Shown here piece by piece: positions 9,967-22,254 of a stretch of DNA of 64,000 nucleotides. The notes beneath the pieces are model-generated. The model was not told the DNA's origin. It saw only the letters and a program-made list of their open reading frames with translations, and did not search any database. Made by a program: the position numbers and the translations under genes. The number at the start of each line of letters is the position of its first letter. Position 1 is the stretch's first letter. The stretch covers positions 2,353,129 to 2,417,128 of the forward strand of contig BCIN01000001.1 of the NCBI GenBank assembly GCA_039545335.1, read 5' to 3'. The DNA comes from Kondoa subrosea (Eukaryota).

Positions 9967-12900
9967 ATGACTTCGCCTTATGCAAATCAGCCGCCAATCC
10001 AGGGCATTTCTCTGTTGAAATCATCCACGAAAAGCAAGAAGCATACAAGCCCAAGGCGACACAATGCCTTCGAAGAAATCAATGCCGGGGAATTTGAAGA
10101 GTTTGTTGACGATGTCACAACTCGCATCAAGCTTGCCTTAGGATTACAGCAACCTGTAGTCGAGACTGTTGCGGCTACCGAGGAAGCAGTCGAAGCAAGG
10201 GAGCCAGATGTCTTCGAGCAAGAAACCGAAGCGAATGTGTCAATGTTTGTCGCGCGCTCGCCATGCGCATACTCGGCTAATACAGATCCACACACAGTGA
10301 TGGGTTGTATCCTGATCTATCACACCTTACAGCCGATGCCGAGGAGACGATGCAAGATCAAGACATCTCTGTTCTCGCATCTAGGCAGAGTGAACAAGCT
10401 CAACCTCTCATTACCGCTAACGATACTATCTTGCCATCAATTACAAACGCAACTCAAGGGCAAGGGCAAGAGATCCAGCTCATTGGCTCATCGTCTGAAT
10501 CTGAGTCTGGGTCTGACAACGAGGGAGAGGAAGACGACGACGACGAAGGGGACACTATCGAAGAAATCATTAGCGATCAGGAGATAGCTACTTACGGGCC
10601 TGGAGATGGATCTACAAGAGAATCAGAGCAAGAAGAGCCAGCATCCGATAGCAATGAAGGTTCACAGCAAATTCAGCAAGAAGGTGCTTCAGACGGGGAG
10701 GAGCAGAACAGTTCAGAGCAGGAATTGGATGTCCGTGCTGCTCTTGACGAAGAAGATGAAGAAGAGGAAGAATTGCAAGATGATGATGAATTGCGAAGCG
10801 ACGATATCCTCTTACCTTCTATGCCTGATCAAATACCTTCGCTCGAGCCGAAAGGACCCTCGCCATTCAAGAGGATCAACAAAGATTCTCGTCAATCAAC
10901 TCTCTTTGATCCTTTGCCGAACGGAAGAACCGATGCTGTGGAACGCATCAAATCCTCCTTAGATCAAGAAGCGCTCGATGCTTTGTATGGCGAAGATGAA
11001 CCGGAGGAAATGGAAGATGACCAAGCGAATTCAGATGAAGACGACGACGACGAATCGTACTGGGAACGCATTCCAGCGGCTTTGAAAGGCAAAGGTCGAG
11101 CAGCTGAAATAGAGCAAATTGACGAAGATGCCTACTTTGACGAAGAAGAGCCTTCGCCTGATGTTGTGCAGAGTAGAAGAAGCTCTCAAACCAGCGACGA
11201 TTATCGTATACAACTTCAAAGCTTAGTCGAGCCAGAGCAAGAACATTTCAACGAATCTATGATGTCTTTTGATGGTAGCGATGGCATAATGCCTCCTGAA
11301 CGAGCAGACGTTGGTCATCAGCAAGATTGTGAAGATGAAAGCGACATTTTGATTGATCACAATGTGTCATCAGCGGATAACAACGATACAGACACAGCAC
11401 CGCTGAGTACGCTTGATGGCTAGATATTGATAGCAAGCTCATGAATCGTTAGATGCCGCGCCGGAAATCGAAGAAGGACTCGATATTCATTCACCGAGTA
11501 CTCCAGCAGAGCAGGCGCAATCCGCTGTACCGAATTTTGCTTCTTTCCTGAATGACGACTTTGCGACTGATGATCTGTCTTTTCAAGATATCAGCTTGCC
11601 AAGTCAGGCTATAGAAAGTTCCATCCGTGATGCTCGAGAAGCTCCTCTGCCGATCAGTGCAACCGAATTAGTATCAGCTCCCGAGGATTTACTCGATTTA
11701 CTCGATGAAAATCGAGCACAACCTCTGGATTTGACTGGGCAAGATGATTTCTTGGCAGATCATGACATTAATCTGCTATCCGGCCCTCCTTCCGCTGTCT
11801 TCTCCAAAGCTCCGTCTCCTTCTGCAGCGCTTCCGGATCTCATATCCGAAAACCCGCTTGATCTGGGAGGACAAGAAGAGCTTGTTCACCAAGATGATTT
11901 GATAATGGACGAAATGATGGAAACCTATGCTGATGGCCTGCCAGAAGAAGCGGAAGAAGCTAAGGCTGTGGATGTTTCGGATGCTCCTCATTTGCTTGCG
12001 CAAATTGCTAAAGAAATGGAGCAAGCCGAACACTCTTCCGCACCCTCCGATTCGACCCAATCCCTCAGCGTTCTTCATTCTGACGGGTCAGAGAATTCCG
12101 TACAGACAGAGCAGCCTACCAGTCCAATTCGTAATCAGGAATCTGTCGAGCCTGCGGACCCAGCACAAGAACTGAACCAAGATATATCCATAGAAGAATT
12201 GCCTGTGGAAGAAATTACAGGACTTCCTCAAGAAGACGATGCTTTCTCTACACATACAAGTGACGCCGAGATTTCTGAGCCTGACGAAGTCATTCCCGCA
12301 GAGGAACTGGGATTAGACGTGGAAGAGGTTAGGTTGCTTTCAATAGAAGACAAGAAGTGACCTGATATCTGAAGCAGGTATCGGACTCTGAAGCTGCGAC
12401 GGTAATTCAGAATGCTTCTCCCCTACGACATAATGTGATTCGACCTGGCGTGTGGAATCCTGATACACCTGTACGATTCGGCGGAACAAGCTTGGAAGCA
12501 GCATTGCGAGAAGCTAAGCATGATCCGGAGCGGGGTATCAAAATCAGAAATACCTTGGGTGATACGCAACTAGAAGATAGCGGCTACGGCCGAAGTCAAC
12601 TTTTCAATCCTGTCCTGGAAGAAGGGATGGTCGATAATCTCGAAAGACAGGCTGTTCTGAAAGAAGCAGAGCTAAAGGCCAAGCTTGCGAAACGGCGCGT
12701 AAGTTGTATTATGTTAGGCTTCAAGGCAAGCTAATATGCTTCCAGGTTTCGTTGCGGTTAGACGAAGCTCCTCTTTCAGCTCACGCCACCGAAGATTTGG
12801 ATGGTAGTCCAATCGTGTCAAATATCAGTGAAGATCTAGCAATATCAGAAGCTGATGCTGTCTTGGAGCCTGTGTCCAGTACAAAAGTAGCACAGCCCGC

Positions 12901-14347
12901 TATGGAACAAAATATGAACCTGGATAGCGAAGAACAGCAAACAGAACAGCTACCGACCGAACCGACCCACTTTACTACGCCTCTTCAGTTTGGCTCAGAG
13001 CCGATGTTAGCCTCCGAAGATGTTCTTCCTTTCGAAGAAGAATCCAAGGAACCAACGAATCCAGTAGATGCTGAGTTGACTACATCAACACGCGAAAGTC
13101 ATGTAGAAGATGTCGCGGGAGAACTTGAGACTGGCAAACGAGAAGTCGCCGAATCTTCGCCATCTACTAGCTCTGCAGACGGTTCATCAGATAAGATGAT
13201 GGTCAATACAGTTGCGTCGGAAACCATTAAGGAGCAAGAGCCAGTTGCTGCGGCCCCATCGAACAAGTTTGAAATGGCCGCCGAGATACCGCAAGAAATC
13301 GAAAATGCAACACCAGCTCCACAAACTGGCAGTATTCCTCAGGTGGAGCGCAGGCAGAATATTGTTGGCGAAGAACCTGACTACTCCTCCGATGAAGAAG
13401 AGATCGAAAACCTTCTTTCGCCAAAAAAGCCTACGATAGCAACACGATCTCGAGAAAGTACTCCGCCCCAGGAAAGACGTCGCTCTGGCCGACTTCATCC
13501 TCCTTCGCCAGCGAAAAGGCAATCGCTTTCGCCTATGGTCCAAGAAGAGGAATTTGATCCGCTTCAACTATTGCCTTCCACAACCAAGAAACCTAAATTA
13601 GCACGAGGAAGCCCAAAGACGCCGTCTGCTGCCACATTTGGTAATGGCAAATCTAGCAGCATTAAACGAAATTCTCTGCAAGCTACCGAAGCATCACAGG
13701 CTGGGTCACCTTCTGCTCCAGCGCGTTCGACAAAGCGAATCCATCGACACGGTCGTAACAGAGTTCCTGTACACCCGGAAATGCACGCTGCGTCTCAAGA
13801 TCCAGCTGTTGGAAGTAGTCCGCCAACAGGAGCAGTCACACGAAGCCATTGTACTTATCACAAATTCTCGATGCCCGGTGCAGACGGCAAGACGTATATC
13901 CTCTTGCTTCCTCAGTGCTCGACGGCTGGAAAAGAAGAAGAAATGGCAAGAGCGCAGGTCAAGGATTGTGGAAATGCTTCGGAAGTCGACGATCAACAAG
14001 CCGTACCTTTATCGCGACTTTCGGAACATCAAGATTTTGGCGATCGTATAGACGCAAAAGCGCTGACAGCCTTGACCAGAATCGTTGGTCCTGATCTCGT
14101 CCACGAATGCGAAGTGGTTGCCCCTCTTACGAGTCCTCGGCCTCAATCGCCCCAAGCTTCTAGTCCAGTGATGTCAGAAGACGTCAATATGGACGCTCAA
14201 AGCAGTTCAGCACCGGTTCCATTGGCAGCAGAAGACTCTCTGCCACTCAAGAGGAAGCGAGATGACGAAGAGCCACCGGAAGATGTTGCACCAAAGAAGA
14301 GATCGATGTTCTCTTCCATGCGCAAGATGTTCAGCAGAAATAAGTAG
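9967..14347 (+). CDS. Large acidic low-complexity protein, probably nuclear, function unknown
   Basis: Consecutive ORFs ending at 10587, 11423, 12360, 12734 and 14347 joined by short introns; D/E-rich; C-terminal 'LKRKRDD...PKKR' looks like a bipartite NLS. Confidence 0.75.
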
Positions 14348-14537
14348 TAAGCGAGCATTCAGGTGTATACATAGTCACGCAGGTAGTAATTCATACAATG
14401 TCAAATATATGTCTTCTGTAGACCACGACGCAAGTCTGGATAGATACCTAGACCTTGATACCCTGGATCTGCGATAACCTGCCTTAATTCTGGAGCGCTG
14501 TGCATCTACGTGATTCTGATACCGTAGCCAACAAATC

Positions 14538-16810
14538 ATGTCATTCTTGAATCCTCTTACCCTGACGATCGCTTTCTTTGCGTATCTCCTGTATCGGTAC
14601 TCGCTATACTATCGCATCGTTAAACGGGCTGGGTACGCTCCTGGCCGAAGAACATGGATTCGCTCGAGTACCATTCTGTCTGAGACTCTTCCAAAGATTA
14701 AGACATTCAATATCAATCTTCCGAGTTATAATTTGTATCAGCGACCTTTCGAAGCAGCGTAAGCACGACCTACTGGACTCTAATTGCCTCTGAAGCTCAT
14801 ATCTGTGATCTATGAAGAAAGGAGTTTGGCGCAACGATAACAACTTCCATCAGTTACTTGCAATCGTCGAGGATCGTCTACTATGTATCAGATGTAGAAG
14901 CTGTCCAGATTCTTACTACATCGAAGAGCGTTGGAAAACCTTTAGCTGTATGTCAAGAGCATCTTCAGTAGCAACTCCGTTCCCTTATGTCTATGTTTGT
15001 TGACTGTCAGATGTACAAAGTATTATCGGTGCGGTGAGACTTGGCGCTACACGTCCGTGCTCAACAAAATTTATAGTTCTTTGGCATCAATATCGTCATT
15101 GTAGACGGTGACCTGCATCGGCGTCATCGTAAAGTTGTTGCACCTGCATTTTCGGAAGCGAAGTAGGTGCTGAGAGTCTGAAGCCTACTCTTGACTGACC
15201 AGGTTCCTAAGCAACGCCTATGTTTGGGATGTAACGCTACAAACGTGCGATCAGTGGTTCGAGGATATAGACAAGCGAATAGTCGCGGGCGACAAAGAAT
15301 CGACCGTAGAGCCAGATGTAGTCTTATCTACTATGCGAGCAGCCTTGATGGTAAGTCGAACGACACAGAAACCGGCGTCACCTGACGCCAGTGAATGCCC
15401 AGATTATATCGGCTGCAGCCTTCGGTATGCAGATACCATGGGACGACTCTGCGCTTTCTCCACCTAAAGGTCACAAACTCCTCTTTCGCCAGGCATTACA
15501 AGATGTGCTGCACTACACAATCGCTCGGGTGTTGGCACCAAGGGTCAGTGTATCAAGTGTCTTGGCTGCGGTAGCTGCTGAGAATCTATCATAGTGGCTA
15601 TACAAGATTCCCCGACTTCCTAAGCAGCTACATGTCACATTAGCCAATACTGAAACCGCTTATACCGAGCTGGAGCAATATCTTTCAGAATTAGTGGAAG
15701 AACGGCAGCGCGATCAGAAGACAGACTCCGTCAACCGAAAGGATTTGCTGAGTTTGCTTCTGAGCGGTGCAGCTCAGACAAATGGTCTGACGACCGAAGA
15801 GGTGAAGGGCAATATCTACATCTTCCTTTTGGCAGGACACGAGACAACAGTCTGTCGAAGTCTTCAAAGTGTTACCGCTTGTCTGAGTGAACAATTAACA
15901 GGCGCACACGCTCGCTTTCGCTTTCGCCTTATTATCTCTCTATCCTGAAGAGCAAGAGAAGATCTATAAGGAAAGCTTGGAAGTATTTCCGGCGGATGCT
16001 GAAGCACCATCGTACTCGGCTTTCAATCGCTTAACTTGCGCTTTGGCATGCTTTCATGAGACCTTGCGTCTGTTCCCGCCTGTGTATGTACTCTACCTAC
16101 CGTGCGAGCTTGGGCTGAGAGGCATTCTAGCCCTCACATACCTAAACGTGTGTTCTCTGCTCCCTGAACAGATTCTGGCTGAATATGACATTGCAGATGC
16201 GAACGAAGATATGATCTTACCTGCAAGACATGTCAGTTCCGAAGGGAAAGTAGGCGACCGCTTTCAGATGGCTGTTCCGGAAGGTAGCGAAGTCATGATT
16301 GATGCGAGATCGCTGCATCACAATCGTATGTCATCTTATTTTCCAAATACATTTGTTGATCATCATAAATCAGCTGCTGTTTGGGGAGAAGACTGCAAAG
16401 ACTTCAAGCCCGAGCGCTTCATCGATACTGATGACTATCATTGGAACAGAGACGGCTTCTTGCCCTTCTCTGCTGGAACTCGCAGCTGTGTTGGTCAGCG
16501 ATTCGCCATCGGTAAGTCTGTCCGCTGAGTATCTATACTCGCGATTCTAAATTCTGAGCAGTGGAAGGAGCCTGCATCTTAGCCAAAGTCTGCAGAAAGT
16601 ACAAGCTAGCACTTCCTGACGAGGACATGAAAGCCTATCGCGCCGGGGAAGAGACTTTCGACGCGCTAAAGGCAAGGACGCTGCGTATGAAGCAGCAGAT
16701 CACTTTGTGCGTTCAAGGAAACTGTTAGAGGCCGCTAAGCTCATTGCATTTGTCTACATTCTAGAACTCCGCTGTATAAAGGCTTAAAGTTCACCAGAAG
16801 AGTGGAGTGA
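14538..16810 (+). CDS. Cytochrome P450
   Basis: N-terminal TM segment; I-helix 'FLLAGHETT', 'ETLR', 'PERF', heme motif 'FSAGTRSCVGQRFA'. Confidence 0.93.
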
Positions 16811-16899
16811 ACTTATATGTAACATGTTTGTGAAGCATGTGAAGATGACAGTGTGATATAATGCATGATATAGACATATACACAAGCACAATGATAATC

Positions 16900-19422
16900 T
16901 CATTTCTTTCCGAAGAAGCTTGCTAATCCCTTTGTTTTCGGTTTGGCTTGTTCTTTGGGCTTGCTCTGCGTCCGCTCTTTCGGCTTATCGACTTTCTTGT
17001 TGCTAGTCTTGCTGCTTTTGACGACAGATCCTCCTACTTTTACCTTCTGATCCTGCAGAAGATCGCGAGCGAAGTGATAATCTGCATGCTCCTGTTGTAG
17101 CAGCTTCTTTGCATCCGATTTGAGCATCTTCACTTCCGTTGAATCGCTAGGATATGTGATCACCGTCTTGAGTACTTTGTGACACTTGTCACAAGTGTAC
17201 TTGACCGTGGATTTGGCTTCTGACGGTTCTGTAGGGCTGTCGGATCGCTTGATCTTTTTGACCAAGCCAATGCCTTCATTGTCGCTAAGAATTGCAGTAG
17301 GTGAGTCTTGTGCCGAGAGTTTCCTCTTCATAGGTGGACTGCCACCAGCAAAGAAACCCTCGATCCCTCGTTGACCACTTTCTTGCCTTTCTAAGTTTTG
17401 GAATTGAAGCGAAAGATTTGTACAAGCACCGAGCTCGACGTTCTGGCCTGCTTTTCGCTCGCTGATGAAGTCGCGGAGTATCTTCTCTCCCAACTTGTAT
17501 ATGTATTCGGGAGTGAGATTCGAAGAGAAGGGAAAAGGTGCTTGACGAGTTTTCGTTACGTAGTTTTCGCTTCGGTGATGCAGAGCGAGAGTTTTTGGCC
17601 ACAAGCCCGGTGACAGCTCTCGGGACTCCGTCAAGCGATGACAAAGTTCGGCAGCCATCATTGTCAGCCAATGACGCTAAAGAGAGTGAGCATCCGAGCA
17701 GGCTATCAGAGCGAAGCAGGCTTACTGCTTCCTCCCAAGTAGTGATAGCTGGCTTGAAGTTCTTCGACGACACCATAGACTTGACCTGAGTTTTGTTTTC
17801 GACTAGAAGGCGAAGTCAGATTCTGTCTATAAACAGAGGACGGACCAACCCTCAGCGAGATCAATGCCTCGGATTATTTCCCAGACCCAAAGACCAGCCT
17901 CTTCGCCGTACTTTTGCTGCATCTCATCAAGTGACACAGTCCTGCTTTCAGGGTCAGCCAAATTGGGCTATAAATGGCAACACGTACCATAGATCGCCGA
18001 CTGTTGCAGCGTCGTACTCCGCTGCTATCGACTGTCCAAGTTTACCGCCTAAGAAACGGATCTTTTGAAATGACAAAGGTCGAAGAAAGCCCGCAACAGC
18101 GCCAGGTCGAAGGACAGTCTGAATTGACTAGCATTAGCATTGTCTTGCGTCGGATCTGAAACTGTACTCGCCTGTGCGTCGGCTACAGCCGCGTATAAGC
18201 TTCACTTCGATGCGAAAGAAAAGCTGTCACGAGGACGTACGCTTGTTGTAACCAGCGCATAGCTTGGCTAACATCTATACAGAGGCCACATTGGTAAAGT
18301 GACGTATAAGAGTCAGAGAGAAGTAGTCACCTTATTCTTCGCTATTCCTGCGCTGCAGGTATAACCGAGACGCTCTTTGACGGCATCACGACATTTATGC
18401 ATGAGTTCCGCGCCAATAGCAATAGCTACATCAGACCAGGTAGGGTGGTCTTCTTCCTCTTCAACTGCTTTCCCTTTGCCCTTCGCATCAGGTGCTTCTT
18501 TGGCTTGAGTTGGAGCAATAGGTATGAGATGGCCTAGACCTTCAAAGTCTATTCGAGCAGGTGCTGGAGGTAGAGGCGTATCAAGACCTAGAGTTGAATC
18601 TTCCGGCACTGCAGCAAGTTGAGGATATCGTTCCAGCATAAGTTGTCGAACAGGTACAGTGAAGTCGAGATAAGCTTCATCAATAGATGCCTTTTCTGCA
18701 GGACGATGTGAGCTCAGGAAATGTGGACGACCAGCGATACTGCTTACGAATGGTAGGACACATCTCGCCAAAGATCTTGAGAATCTTAAGACTCTCTCGT
18801 CGGTAGGGATCCAGCGAGACCTGAAGAAAAGCTTAGTTCCCACAGTCACAATATCAAGAATAGCATTGAGCACTTTGTGTGTCTCGTGTCTGGCATCAGG
18901 ATGATATCCAGGTTCCGTATCTCCTTCGCGATAAGTAGCAACATGCACACATACAACTGGGTGCCGATTGAGACTTCCAACTATGTTACTGAAGGGACGA
19001 CGACGCACTGTCAGGACACTTCTTGCGAGCCTGTCATAGAATTCAGTATAGGTATATCAGATCAAGGACACGTACATACTTCGTCCGCGGATTCGTGCCT
19101 ACTGATACCAAAGACTCGCGCTGGATAGTTGATCGCAATCAAGCCTTGCCATTGCTGGACCGCACAAGGGATGTTCTTGTCCAAACCCAAGCGAACCATT
19201 TCAAACTGAGCATAGGCAGCATCGATGTCACACAGGGCTATCACGCGCAAAGGATTACTGAGCAGCGTGAAGTCAGATCGATGTTGCTAGCGGTCTGTAA
19301 GGAGCTTGCCTAGCATTGAGCGAATTTGTTGATAACAAATGCCGATAGGTGATAGGCTGAGGAGCCATCCTATCTCTCTTGCCCTTGGCCGATGTCCCAA
19401 AAGTAGAAGGTTGCGAAGTCAT
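16900..19422 (-). CDS. RAD30: DNA polymerase eta (Y family)
   Basis: 'VIALCDIDAAYAQFE', 'QQWQGLIAINYPAR', 'EKASIDEAYLD', 'CSAGIAKNKMLAKL'; UBZ 'CDKC...EHADYHFARDL'; PIP-like 'KGLASFF'. Confidence 0.95.
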
Positions 19423-19879
19423 ATCTAGTGTAGGCGAACAAGTCTCGAGACCCAGCAAGCCTAGCAATGAATCCGAATTGTCAAAACAAGCGCGTTCAGC
19501 AGAGGCTGAGCATTTTGCGAGAAAGACGATGGCAGCGTCGTTCGCAATGCAGCTAGACTCTGCTTCTGCTTGACGAGAGAAGCGCGTCACTGATGATCGA
19601 CAAGAACAACTTAGGGACTTAAGGGCTCGCAAACTTCAAATGGAGTCAAGGCTCAAAGTCTTTCCGATGAAAGTGATACATGATGGTCTAAATGAGCGTC
19701 TATTTTACAATGCGATGAGTTGCTATACGCGGTTCACCCTTTTGACTCTACTTCTTCCACCGAATACAAAACGACAAAGTTCAACTTTTCGTTTCCATGC
19801 GCAATCAATGCTTGAAAGACCCCAGAATAGCCCAAAAGAAGAAGAAGAAGTGAGTGAAGGAGATTTGAGAGTGATGGGT

Positions 19880-20507
19880 TTAGTTGATGAACTGCGTCGG
19901 AAAGTAAGCATGCTGTGTCGACTTCGCTAGCAGATGAATCGGACTCACAGACCACTCAAGGGGAAGAACACCTTGCTCTTTCTTGCCAAGGGCCATGAAG
20001 GCACCTTCACTCAAATCGATACCAGATTGTCCGTTGCCTCCGCAGGTTGGGCAAACTGAGACAAAAGGACGAGTCAGCAAACATCTAACCGAAGCTAGGA
20101 AGACAACTCACGATCAGCTACTTTAGCCTTGATGGTCTTTCCATTGGCCTTGTTCTTGATGGTAAGCATGCGACCGCAGTTCTTGCCTCCGTTGTACTGA
20201 GACTTGTTGATGGCGACACTTTGGAAATGTAAAATGAGCTGGAGTCGAGGAATCCGAGGTGAGCAGACATACATGTAAGCGCTGTCCTTGTTCCAGTTTC
20301 CGCAAGCACCAGGATTGCCGTTTTGGAAGAAGTCTTCGAAAAAAGAGGGATCAGCTTTCAAGTCGAAAGTTGCGATGAGAAAGAAGACTGACATGTACCA
20401 GGACCGCTAGCACGCTTCTCGATGCTTGAAGTTTCGCCTTCAATAGGNGCGGCAGAGACAGAGAGAGCGAGTACAAAGGCAGCGAAGAGTGATTTGGCAG
20501 AGAACAT
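19880..20507 (-). CDS. DPBB (RlpA/expansin/loosenin-like) secreted protein, right copy
   Basis: MFSAKSLFAAFVLALSVSA signal peptide, Kex2-like 'IEKR', 'FFQNGNPGACGNWNKDS', 'VAINKSQYNGGKNCGR', 'AKVADLCPTC', 'IDLSEGAF'. Confidence 0.9.
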
Positions 20508-20632
20508 GTTTGAAGAAGTATTCAAGTGATGAAAACTTTGGGTGGATAAAGCGAGTGAAGAAGTAAAGGTAGTAGCGAAAAGAGCTTGTGAGGAAAAGAA
20601 GAAGAAGAAGACATTGCAAAAAACCAAAAGCT

Positions 20633-20641
20633 CTTATATAC
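20633..20641 (-). promoter_or_regulatory. Putative TATA box of the DPBB gene
   Basis: Minus-strand 'gtatataag' about 130 bp upstream of ATG 20507, followed by a pyrimidine-rich leader. Confidence 0.5.
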
Positions 20642-21764
20642 AAGGGTGAAAAAGCTTGAGCCTTTCCGGTCCCTTACGCGAACAACTCCACTGTGATACG
20701 TGCACACTTTCACACAGATTGCTGATTCTCGAGACATGCACAATTTTCGTGACGGAAAAGAAAAGTGGGTAAAGCAAGCGGACCGCGATTTGCCTTAATT
20801 CGGAGAGACATGTTTCGTGCACAATTCTGCCGCGCGTATGCAGGGCAGGGAAGGGCTGCTGATGCATTAAGGGACATGCAACAGAGTCTGATTTGAGCCA
20901 GGAAGTGTCGAGCAAAGGTAGGCAGAGCGAGAGGGAGCAAAGCAAAAGAAACGAGATTCACAAATATTGAAACAAAAGAAGGGAACGTCCAGCTTTACAT
21001 GAGCTCGTAGCGATGCGTCATCGAGGTAGGTGCTTGCGAGATGGCAGTTGCATGCAGTAGCGCAAAGCTGTTGTAAATGTTATGGACGAGCGGGTCTGAA
21101 GTATTCAACTTCAGCAAGAACGTGTGACACGCTTTGTGGCGTGCCTCTACTGCGTGCCTCTACTGCTGTGTAAAATCGCTCCAGCTACATCTCGCGCGTG
21201 CAATTGCTATGCTACGCATGATTCCCTCATGATCTTTGAGATCATCTGCCAAAGTTCCCGTGTCTCTCGCTGTAAAACAATAAAGTTATAATATGAAAGA
21301 CATTCACACATGCGACAATCTCTGTAGGGCTTGGCACAGATCAGTTCCACATTGCAGCCCGCTTCTAGATGTGAGACCTGTCTCAGGGAAGAGCCGCGTT
21401 CGCTTACATCAAGCGAGTTAGACGAGATATGCCCAGGGAAGCGGCTGCGAAATGATCAGAAGCAGATCTGCCTGGCTGAAGCTTAATAGCTAAAAAGCAG
21501 GACAAAGGAAAGCGGTAAGAGAGAGGAGCAAACAGTAATGTCTGCAAGGGGAAAAGTAATTGAGATGAATAGCAAAAAAAATATCAGAATTGACTTGAGG
21601 GCCAATCATGAGGAGATGCTTCTGCTCGTAATTATTGATATGTAGTTTTGCCAAGCAGTGCTTATGCTTCGCTAATAGTCGTTACTTTCTACCGCTTGAG
21701 ATACAAACAGCGGCGCACAAACAGAGTCCTATATATGTGTAGAGGAAAGAGATGTCTTAATCAA

Positions 21765-21917
21765 TTAGAAGCAGAGCCTGTTGACGAGTAACATCAGCTG
21801 TCTGGAGTCTAGAGTCTTTCAAATTCAGGACAAAACTGACCAAGTGAAAACGAAGATTCCGAAGCATAATCCAGCAACGACCTGTACTGGTACACCGTCC
21901 GTTTGTACTTGATGAGG
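21765..21917 (-). pseudogene. Duplicate of the SCS2 3' end (TM anchor, last intron, stop codon)
   Basis: Encodes PHQVQTDGVPVQVVAGLCFGIFVFTW|LCF* with no upstream SCS2 sequence. Confidence 0.85.
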
Positions 21918-22254
21918 CAGGAAAGGATTTGCCTGAGCCGGATCTTGTGCGGCTCAAGTTGACCATTGAGCGGCAGGATGATCACACGAGTGCGAGAATG
22001 CTTACGCTTCAAAAATTGTGTATGACAGGAGTGGGGACGGGAACCTGGAGACCTAGTGTGATATGTAGGCGAGAAGGAGAGAAGCTAGCTCAATCACAAG
22101 GAAAAGGTAAGCTCGACTAGTACGCGTCTGCCGCGCATCACATAGGAGTCAGACAGCAAGAGAAAAATAGCATTCGCTACCACGGTGTGATGATCTGCGC
22201 GCACACCACTGCCGCATAGACAGCGCTCAGATACCAAGGAAGTGAAATGCACAT

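Larger units (their letters stand above)
19315..21917 (-). repeat. Right arm of ~2.6-kb inverted repeat
   Basis: Reverse complement of 6322-8974. Confidence 0.95.

Noticed and set aside
14538..16810. Secondary-metabolite cluster around the P450
   Set aside because: No PKS, NRPS or terpene synthase backbone gene in the window.
8975..19314. Mating-type locus or composite transposon inside the inverted repeats
   Set aside because: No homeodomain, pheromone, receptor, transposase or recombinase motifs; the arms are made of host gene pieces.
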